From Candidatus Eiseniibacteriota bacterium (lineage in GTDB: Bacteria > Eisenbacteria > RBG-16-71-46), in assembly GCA_031364845.1 (NCBI GenBank), contig JANLWX010000027.1, positions 1 through 13,413 on the forward strand: a DNA stretch of 13,413 bases. Reading direction: 5' to 3'. This document shows, piece by piece, positions 1-6,834 of the stretch. Positions within the stretch are counted from its first letter, which is position 1. Each line of letters begins with the position of its first letter. The notes under the pieces were generated by a model. It was not told the DNA's origin and made no database searches. It saw only the letters and a list, made by a program, of their open reading frames with translations. Position numbers and translations under genes: made by a program.

Positions 1-1017
1 CGCCAGACCTATCATCGCTTCATTCCCTACACCGATCGCGTCGACTACCTGTCGGGCGTGCAGAACAACTGGCCCTACGTGATGGCGGTCGAGAAGCTGC
101 TCGGCTGCGCGGTGCCCGAGCGCGCGCGCATGATCCGCATCATGATGGCCGAGCTGTTCCGCATCATCAGCCATCAGGTGTGGATCGGAACCTTCGCGCA
201 GGACACAGGCGCGCTGACGCCCGTGTTCTTCACGTTCGAACACCGCGAGCAGATCCTCGACTTCGTCGCCAAGGTCACCGGCGGCCGCATGCATCCGAGC
301 TGGTTCAGGATCGGCGGCGTCACCAACGACCTGCCCGCTGACTGGCGCGCGGACATGGAAGGCTGGCTCAAGCGCTTCCCCGATCAGCTCCGCGACGTCG
401 AGAAGCTGCTGACCGGAAGCCCGATCTTCGTTGCGCGCTGCAAGGACACCGGCGGCATCTCGGTGGACGACGCGATCGACCTGGGCCTCACCGGCCCCAA
501 CATTCGCGCGGCCGGACTCGCATGGGACCTGCGCAAGGCCGCGCCCTACGGCGGCTACGAGCACTTCGACTTCGACATCCCCACGCGCTCGACCGGCGAC
601 AACTACGACCGGTATCTGATCCATATCGCCGAGATGTGGCAGAGCCATCGCATCATCGAGCAGTGCGTGAAGAACATGCCCGACGGCGACTATGTGAATC
701 CCGAGTATCGCTACTCGATTCCCGAGCCCGGCAAGATGCTCCACCACATCGAGAGCCTGATCCACCACTTCGTGAACGTCTCGCGCGGCTTCGTGCCGCC
801 CGCCGGCGATGCCTACGTGTCGATCGAGGCGCCCAAGGGCGAGTACGGCTACTACGTGACCAGCAACGGCAGCAATCTGCCGTACCGCGTGTTCATCCGC
901 ACCCCGTCATTCCCGACCATGCAGGCGCTGCCACAGCTCGTGAAGGGACAGAAGGTCTCGGATCTGGTGGTGACACTGGGCGGCATCGACTTCGTTCTGG
1001 GAGACATCGACAAATGA
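1..1017 (+). CDS. nuoD: NADH-quinone oxidoreductase subunit D (probably the D part of an E. coli-type NuoCD), 5'-truncated by the window edge
   Basis: Frame is open from base 1 (RQTYHRFIPYTDRVDYLSGV...), so the ORF-track GTG at 58 is internal. Motifs FIPYTDRVDY, GGRMHPSWFRIGGV, PYGGYEHFDFDIP, IEAPKGE, RTPSF and terminal LGGIDFVLGDIDK match the complex I 49-kDa subunit; RMHPxWFRIGGV and the C-terminus resemble E. coli NuoCD. Confidence 0.97.
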   Translation, partial: RQTYHRFIPYTDRVDYLSGVQNNWPYVMAVEKLLGCAVPERARMIRIMMAELFRIISHQVWIGTFAQDTGALTPVFFTFEHREQILDFVAKVTGGRMHPSWFRIGGVTNDLPADWRADMEGWLKRFPDQLRDVEKLLTGSPIFVARCKDTGGISVDDAIDLGLTGPNIRAAGLAWDLRKAAPYGGYEHFDFDIPTRSTGDNYDRYLIHIAEMWQSHRIIEQCVKNMPDGDYVNPEYRYSIPEPGKMLHHIESLIHHFVNVSRGFVPPAGDAYVSIEAPKGEYGYYVTSNGSNLPYRVFIRTPSFPTMQALPQLVKGQKVSDLVVTLGGIDFVLGDIDK

Positions 1018-1514
1018 GCCACGCGAACACCGGCCCCCACTACGACATCCACGGCAACGCCGTGAAGCTCGAGTTGGGCCCCGACGAGAAGGCGCTCGCG
1101 CGAGAGAAGATCGTCGATGTGCTGTGGGCGATTCAGCAGAAGAAAGGCTGGATCGACGATGAGTCGCTCAAGGCCGCCGCCGCCGAATGCATGCTGACCC
1201 CGCAGGAAGCCGACGAAGTCGCGACGTTTTACAACCTGCTGTTCCGGAAACCCGTCGGCAAGCGCGTCGTGTTCGTATGCGACAGCATCTCGTGCGAACT
1301 GACCGGCGGTGCCGCGCTGATGAAGAATCTGTGCGGCGAACTGGGTGTTCAGCCCGGCGAGATCACCGCGGACGGTGAGCTGACGGTCCTTCCGATCGTA
1401 TGCCTCGGTCACTGCGAGATGGCGCCCTGCCTGATCGCGGGGGAGACCGTGCATGGTCCGTTGAAGACGGATCGTGAGGCGATGAAGGCGCTGGTGGCGA
1501 AGATTCGGGGGTAA
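1014..1514 (+). CDS. nuoE: NADH-quinone oxidoreductase subunit E (2Fe-2S N1a)
   Basis: ATG at 1014 overlaps the nuoD stop (ATGA). The 166 aa product is the 3' half of track ORF 522..1514 and has EVATFYNL, CDSISC and VCLGHC (four N1a Cys ligands). Confidence 0.96.
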   Translation: MSHANTGPHYDIHGNAVKLELGPDEKALAREKIVDVLWAIQQKKGWIDDESLKAAAAECMLTPQEADEVATFYNLLFRKPVGKRVVFVCDSISCELTGGAALMKNLCGELGVQPGEITADGELTVLPIVCLGHCEMAPCLIAGETVHGPLKTDREAMKALVAKIRG

Positions 1515-1706
1515 GCTCCGCCTCGCCCTCGATACCCTGTTCGGTATGGTCGGCTGGGACGTTTAGAGATTGAGCCCCGTGAATCCAGCCGTGGCGAGGG
1601 CTCCGAACCGCCCCGTGTTTATTTCCTTCGCATGGGGCGCGGTACCGGACTTACTCTGCATCCCGTCCTCCAGCCTTCGACCGAGACCAACTTCAAGGGG
1701 TGTGCC

Positions 1707-4547
1707 TTGCGACCTGGCAAGCCGTTCGAGCTTCCGCGCGCTGTGTCCGCCATCACCACCATCGGCCGCGATCTACTCACTACTCACGCACGCGTGCTCG
1801 GCATTCTCGCTATCCTCGCTGCGACGTGTTCCACCGCGCACGCGAAGCCAGCCCCCCCTTCTCCGGCGGCAGAAGGGCGCGTACAGATCTTCGTGCGAAT
1901 CGACGGCACGGTCCCCAATTGGAGCGAGATGGCCCTCTCACTCGGCCACATTCAGGTCGCGGGCCAGGATGCTGCGCGGAAGCATTACAACGTGAGGCCG
2001 TTCGACGGCTCGAGCGAGCCTATCATTCCTCGCGCGGCTGAAGGCTCTCCGCGCTTCCTTGCCGGTGGAAGCGTTCCCGCGGGGCGGATGATCCAGATCA
2101 CGCTCAACCTGGCCGCAGCCCTCACCCCCGTTTCGCCGAACCAGGGAAGCCGGCGGCGTTTGCCGGAGCCGGTGCTCGACAACGACCAGCGCCTCAGGCT
2201 GCAGGGGCCCGTGACGGTCGAGGCCGGCGGCACCGTCTCGCTCGTGGTTCCGATCCGGCTCGGAGTCGATGCTGTGATAGGGCGCAATGGCCTCGTCGTC
2301 ATGAAACCCACGCTGGCTGCGGAGGAATTCACGCCGGGCCCGGAGAACTATGTGAACGGCTCCGAGATCGTGACGCGCGGACCGACGACGGCGTTCCCGG
2401 AGCTGAATCTCAAACTCATGCGATCGAAGGTGCTGGACCCCTCGACGGGCGCGGTTCGTGATCTGACGCTGCGCACTGACAATGGCGGCCCGGCCTCCTT
2501 CAGCGAAGTCCGCGGCAAGAATGAGACCCTGTGGCGCGAGCATCACGGTTCGCTCAACCCGGGCCTGGTTCAGAAGCTGACGACCATGGCGAACAGCGAC
2601 CTTGTGCTCGCAGACGTGTGGCTCATCGTGCCGGGCGAGTCCACATTCCTGACCGACGCCACCACGCCCGCGCTGTGGGATCTCGGGCACACCGCGTGGG
2701 TCGCGGGACGGACCGCCGCCGCGCAACCCATCGTGGACGCCGTGTCCGCGGCACTGACGTCAGCGGGTGCCACAGTTCTCCGCGTCGAACTCAACCCCGC
2801 GGTGCTGCACGTACGCGCTTCCCGCACCGTGCTCGAAACCGTAGCGAGCCGGTTGGCGCAGGCGGTCGAGATCGTCGAGACGCCGCCCGAACCGGCGCTC
2901 CTGGCGACCCACGGAGCCCTCGACCTCGGCCAGGAACCGCTGTGGCTCGTGCACCTGTTGCTCGCCGGGCAGGGCTTGCGGATCGGTATCGCCGAACCTC
3001 AGGCCTGCATCCAGAAAGATCACGAAGCGTTTCGCAACATCGTCGTTGAGGATCCGGTCGCGTTCCCGTGCAGCGATTTCGTTGGGAGCAGCAATGGACA
3101 TTCGACTCAGGTGGCGAGCTGCGCGGGTGCGGCCGTCGGACCCTCGGGTGAGATCCAACTCATCGGTCTGTTTCAGGGGCGCATGGTCACGTCCGACATC
3201 GGCGCAATCAGCAGCGACATGCTGAAGCGCAACCCACACCTCATTAACCTCAGCTTCGAGATCTCGAAGAGTGATCGGCGCATGCTCGATTACGCCGTCT
3301 ACGCCGACCGCGTATTCGTCGCCAACGGTTCAGGCAACGTGCACGGCAACGAGGATGCCGATAAATTGCCGGTGTTCGCCTTCTCATACAACTCGGTGTG
3401 CGTCGGGGGCTACAACCACCATAACACCCACGGACCCGAGAACTACGGGGACGACACCGAAGCCGGGCGCTGGCTCAATGAAGCGGCCACGGGGCGGGAG
3501 AAACCGGATGTGGTGGGTGCCTATTCAGGGTTCTTCGCCGACCAGGCCAACCTCCATGGCTACACGCCGTCGGGCGGCACCAGCTTTTCGACACCGCTGA
3601 TCGTCGGTACGGCGGCACTTCTGATGGCGAACTTCCCTGAGGAACTCACGTCCGATCCGACGCTCACGCGCGCCGTACTGATGGCGTCTGCATCCCACGC
3701 CATCCCCGGCAATCTGCCGGTTCCCATCATCGCCGACGGAATCGACGACCACAGCGGCGCCGGCGTTCCGCGTGGTGATCGCGCCAAGGAGATCCTCAGC
3801 GACGAGAACTTCCACTCAGGCTTTGTGGATCGAGCCGTGGACTTCAACACTGATGGAGACTTCACGATCCCGATCCAGATCAACTCGAATCCCGGCGACA
3901 AGGTGCGTGTCGTGCTCACCTATGACCAGTGCCAGGACGCGATGACGTCGATCCCGGACGTGATGCTCACCGATCTCGACATGAGCGTGGTGGAGACGTA
4001 CGTAACTGGAGGGACGGCACGCACGCAGGTGCACGCGAACCAGTCCCACGTAGACAACACGGAGATCGTCGAGTTCGTCTCACAGCCCGGACAGACCGCC
4101 GTGCGCGTCAAAGTGCGCGCGCAGCATTGGGATCCTTGCACGGACGGCACGCAACGTACCCACCTCGCAATCGCGTGGGATGTGCTCACCCCCGGGACCG
4201 TCGCCAAGGCGGCCTCGATCGACCAGAACGAATTGCTCGCGCGGATGAAGACTCAAGCCGAGGTCTTGAACCGCCTTGAGTTCCGTTCGGTCACACCGAA
4301 TCCGTTCACCACCGAGCTGCGCATGGCCTATGAGGTTCCGCAGGCAGGGGCAGTGCGACTGCGGGTATTCGACCTCGCCGGGCGTCTCGTCGCCGAACCG
4401 TTCGCCGGATCACAGAAGGCCGGTGTCCATTCGACGCGCTGGGATGCCACGTCACGCGACGGACGGCGGGTGGCACCGGGGGTGTATCTGGTGCAGCTCC
4501 AGATGGGACCGAAGTCGGTGTTGAGACGGGTGGTACTGACGAGGTAA
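1707..4547 (+). CDS. Secreted S8 (subtilase) family peptidase with DUF4382-like N-terminal domain and FlgD-Ig/T9SS-like C-terminal domain
   Basis: Signal peptide RVLGILAILAATCSTAHA|KP. Subtilase motifs GQGLRIGIAEP, NGHSTQVAS, NGSGN, KPDVVG and GTSFSTPLIVGTAALL. C-terminus PNPF...VRLRVFDLAGRLV...WDATSRDGRRVAPGVYLVQL. Start is uncertain: the ORF opens at ATG 1632, but the in-frame TTG at 1707 has AAGGGG just upstream and gives a more normal signal peptide. Confidence 0.88.
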   Translation: MRPGKPFELPRAVSAITTIGRDLLTTHARVLGILAILAATCSTAHAKPAPPSPAAEGRVQIFVRIDGTVPNWSEMALSLGHIQVAGQDAARKHYNVRPFDGSSEPIIPRAAEGSPRFLAGGSVPAGRMIQITLNLAAALTPVSPNQGSRRRLPEPVLDNDQRLRLQGPVTVEAGGTVSLVVPIRLGVDAVIGRNGLVVMKPTLAAEEFTPGPENYVNGSEIVTRGPTTAFPELNLKLMRSKVLDPSTGAVRDLTLRTDNGGPASFSEVRGKNETLWREHHGSLNPGLVQKLTTMANSDLVLADVWLIVPGESTFLTDATTPALWDLGHTAWVAGRTAAAQPIVDAVSAALTSAGATVLRVELNPAVLHVRASRTVLETVASRLAQAVEIVETPPEPALLATHGALDLGQEPLWLVHLLLAGQGLRIGIAEPQACIQKDHEAFRNIVVEDPVAFPCSDFVGSSNGHSTQVASCAGAAVGPSGEIQLIGLFQGRMVTSDIGAISSDMLKRNPHLINLSFEISKSDRRMLDYAVYADRVFVANGSGNVHGNEDADKLPVFAFSYNSVCVGGYNHHNTHGPENYGDDTEAGRWLNEAATGREKPDVVGAYSGFFADQANLHGYTPSGGTSFSTPLIVGTAALLMANFPEELTSDPTLTRAVLMASASHAIPGNLPVPIIADGIDDHSGAGVPRGDRAKEILSDENFHSGFVDRAVDFNTDGDFTIPIQINSNPGDKVRVVLTYDQCQDAMTSIPDVMLTDLDMSVVETYVTGGTARTQVHANQSHVDNTEIVEFVSQPGQTAVRVKVRAQHWDPCTDGTQRTHLAIAWDVLTPGTVAKAASIDQNELLARMKTQAEVLNRLEFRSVTPNPFTTELRMAYEVPQAGAVRLRVFDLAGRLVAEPFAGSQKAGVHSTRWDATSRDGRRVAPGVYLVQLQMGPKSVLRRVVLTR

Positions 4548-4602
4548 CTGGCCCCGGGGCCAGTTCGCGGTGGTGCGGAGCCAACTGTCTTCGCGGACAG
4601 TT
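4546..4602. repeat. Paired-palindrome (REP/REPIN-like) element, copy 1
   Basis: Perfect 20-bp palindrome AACTGGCCCCGGGGCCAGTT (4546-4565, overlapping the peptidase TAA), a 17-bp spacer, then AACTGTC-TTCGCG-GACAGTT (4583-4602). Confidence 0.9.
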
Positions 4603-4643
4603 CCGATCGCGGTGGTTGGCCGCCCCACCTAGCAAAGAAGCTA

Positions 4644-4669
4644 CCCCCCCCCCCCGCTTCTGCCATACT
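4644..4669 (+). promoter_or_regulatory. C12 homopolymer followed by a candidate extended -10 element for the NHL gene
   Basis: Twelve consecutive C at 4644-4655, then TG-C-CATACT at 4661-4669, about 75 bp before the ATG at 4746. No convincing -35 hexamer. Confidence 0.4.
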
Positions 4670-4745
4670 CCTTTGCATTCGGAGACGGACGAATCGACGG
4701 TCTTCTCGTGTCCTCGACAAGCCGCATTGCAGGCAAGGGATTCCC

Positions 4746-5738
4746 ATGAAGCCGTTCTTTTTTTCCGCCGTGCTCGCGATTGCGCTCGCGACTTCTCCCG
4801 CACTAGGCGCGGATCCCACCACTATGGTCGCGCAGTGGGGAACCATCGGTTCAGCCCCAGGCCAGTTCCGACTGCCCACCGGCATTGCGCTCGATGCTGT
4901 CGGCAACGTCTACGTGGCGGACCACGGCAATAATCGCGTTCAGAAATTCACGAGCGATGGCGTCTATGTCGGCGAGTGGGGCGGGCTGGGGTCGGCCGAT
5001 GGGCAGATGGACAAACCCTACGGCATCGCCGTAAGTCCCGATGGCAACGTGTACACGACCGAGATCAACAATGCCCGCGTGCAGAAGTTCACGTTGGACG
5101 GCTTATTCGTCCGGAAATGGGGCACGATTGGTTCGTGTCCCGGCACGTTCAATTCGCCGCTGGGCATCATGGTGGATGGTGACGGCAACGTTGAAGTCGC
5201 CGACGCCGGGAATGAGAGAATCCAGAAATTCACGAGCGACGGCGTCTATCTGACCCAATGGGGCGCGGCTTACTCGACACCCTGCAATCCGGGTGACGTG
5301 GATGGCGGGATTCTCGCGGGATTCATGTGTGCGGATGGATCGGGAGAACTCGTTGTCGGAGATCAGTCGATTCTGGGAGCTCGTAGATACACGACGAGCG
5401 GCACTGAACTGGCGCGATGGAACTGTTGCGGAGTCGGCACCAGCGAATATTCCTACCCGGCCGGGGTGGGCATCGACGGTGACGGGAATATCTACCTGAG
5501 CGATGTTCTACGGGACAAAGTCGGTGTGTTCACCAGCAGTGGAGTCTTCGTTAGCGAGTTTGGCGGCACGGGCTCTGGCGGCGGGCAATTCCGATCACCA
5601 TTCGGCCTTGCGGTCAGCGGTTCTGGGTTCGTGTTTGTGTGCGACAAAGACAACGGTCGCATCCAGAAGTTTTCGATCTCGGGGTCGACGCCGGTGAAGC
5701 GTGGATCTTGGGGAAGCGTGAAGGTGCTTTACCGGTAG
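4746..5738 (+). CDS. Secreted NHL-repeat six-bladed beta-propeller protein with a short C-terminal motif
   Basis: Signal peptide MKPFFFSAVLAIALATSPALG|A; AAGGGA upstream of the start; six repeats of the form GQF..P.GIA.D..GNVYVAD..N.RVQKF; tail TPVKRGSWGSVKVLYR. Confidence 0.92.
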   Translation: MKPFFFSAVLAIALATSPALGADPTTMVAQWGTIGSAPGQFRLPTGIALDAVGNVYVADHGNNRVQKFTSDGVYVGEWGGLGSADGQMDKPYGIAVSPDGNVYTTEINNARVQKFTLDGLFVRKWGTIGSCPGTFNSPLGIMVDGDGNVEVADAGNERIQKFTSDGVYLTQWGAAYSTPCNPGDVDGGILAGFMCADGSGELVVGDQSILGARRYTTSGTELARWNCCGVGTSEYSYPAGVGIDGDGNIYLSDVLRDKVGVFTSSGVFVSEFGGTGSGGGQFRSPFGLAVSGSGFVFVCDKDNGRIQKFSISGSTPVKRGSWGSVKVLYR

Positions 5739-5777
5739 AGTGCAAGGCGATGCGCGAACTGCTGCCGCCTGAGTGAT

Positions 5778-5831
5778 GAACTGGCCCCGGGGCCAGTTCG
5801 CGGCGAACGCAACTGTCCGCGCGGACAGTTG
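5778..5831. repeat. Paired-palindrome (REP/REPIN-like) element, copy 2
   Basis: Perfect 22-bp palindromes GAACTGGCCCCGGGGCCAGTTC (5778-5799) and CAACTGTCCGCGCGGACAGTTG (5810-5831). Bases 5779-5803 are identical to 4546-4570 (25 bp). Lies between two convergent stop codons. Confidence 0.9.
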
Positions 5832-5839
5832 GTACTTCG

Positions 5840-6727
5840 CTACTCGCGCTCCACGATCGCCAACCAATCCAGTGTTACGCGCTCTGCCCGCTCGACCAGC
5901 CAGCGCCGCTGCCGCCACTCGTCCACCGTGCGATCGAACTGCGCGGCCAGTGCCGCGAGACGCCTGCGTGCGCCTGAACTGAAGCTGGCGTAGCCACTCG
6001 CCTCCCGCGCCACGCTCGCGGCGTGCGGGAGTTGGACGTCGAACGCCGACTCAGCGCGGCCCAACGCACTCAAGTACCGGCGTGCGACGATCACCACCGC
6101 GCTATCGGTCGCAGCGGGCAGCGCCGCAATCGCCTCCATCTCGGACGCAATTCCGCTCAGAGCCTCGGCAGTCTCTTTGAACGCATCCCCGAGCTGAAGC
6201 GCACGAAACATCGTCCGCATCCGCTCATTGGGATCGATCGCCGGCGGAGGTCGGGGCCTCGGACGCAGCAGATTGAACAGCGCTCCTGACCCTCCAATCG
6301 CTCCGGCGGACAACGCCAGTGTGCTGCGGGTGTTCTCGCTCGCGTCGCGGGCGGTCGCGGCGATTCCTGCGAGGCTCAGCGAGACCGAGATGATGCCGGT
6401 CGCCTTTACGATCCGGTTGCCCCATTGACCCTGACGCGGTCGCGGGATGGGCGGCGGCTCGAGGGGGCCGGCGTAGAGGCTTTCGGGCGCGATCGCGGCC
6501 AACGCGGCAGACCGCAGCGTCGCGGCCCCAATCCGCATTTGCGCCAACACGCGATTGCGATCGGGAGCGGCAGTCACACCGCCCCCACCGTCCGCAGGCC
6601 CTCGAGACTCCGCGCGCATAACCGCCACAAACCACGCCGAGTCAGATTCGGCAGAGACCGCGGCGCCGCTTGCATCCGGCGCGAACAGGGTCGTCATCGT
6701 CAGAAGAGCCAGCAGCATTCGCGTCAT
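5840..6727 (-). CDS. Hypothetical exported/membrane protein
   Basis: Track ORF 5840..6760. Likely start is ATG at 6727 (GAGAGGG upstream), giving the signal-like MTRMLLALLTMTTLFAPDASGA. Two Gly/Ala-rich hydrophobic segments are flanked by Pro-rich linkers and followed by an Ala-rich helical C-terminus. No family recognised. Confidence 0.7.
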   Translation of the reverse strand: MTRMLLALLTMTTLFAPDASGAAVSAESDSAWFVAVMRAESRGPADGGGGVTAAPDRNRVLAQMRIGAATLRSAALAAIAPESLYAGPLEPPPIPRPRQGQWGNRIVKATGIISVSLSLAGIAATARDASENTRSTLALSAGAIGGSGALFNLLRPRPRPPPAIDPNERMRTMFRALQLGDAFKETAEALSGIASEMEAIAALPAATDSAVVIVARRYLSALGRAESAFDVQLPHAASVAREASGYASFSSGARRRLAALAAQFDRTVDEWRQRRWLVERAERVTLDWLAIVERE

Positions 6728-6763
6728 TTGCCCTCTCATCCGTGTCGAAGGGTAGCCCACGGA

Positions 6764-6834
6764 ACTCTATCATCCCCCGCCCCGCCCCCCCTTCGCGCGA
6801 TCGCTGCGCGATCGCGCGATTCATGTGTTAGTTT
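6764..6834. promoter_or_regulatory. Candidate divergent promoter region with a central inverted repeat
   Basis: Minus-strand TG-A-TAGAGT (6772-6764) faces the hypothetical gene and plus-strand TG-T-TAGTTT (6826-6834) faces nuoF. Between them is a perfect 12-bp inverted repeat TCGCGCGATCGC-TGC-GCGATCGCGCGA (6793-6819). Confidence 0.5.

Noticed and set aside
522..1013. N-terminal 164-aa extension of NuoE in the ORF track
   Set aside because: Arg-rich off-frame translation overlapping nuoD; the real start is the coupled ATG at 1014.
1715..1730. Sigma-54 promoter at TGGCAAGCCGTTCGA
   Set aside because: The -24 GG is present but the -12 position reads GA rather than GC, and the site may lie within the coding region.
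4546..5831. CRISPR array
   Set aside because: Only two doublets 1.2 kb apart with 12-17 bp spacers; no regular repeat-spacer period and no cas genes.
4541..5835. Canonical integron attC sites / integron cassette array
   Set aside because: The elements begin with AAC and end with GTT at gene 3' ends, but the flanks do not fit RYYYAAC...GTTRRRY on either strand, the arms are self-palindromic without the typical extrahelical bases, the genes are not all co-oriented and no intI is present.
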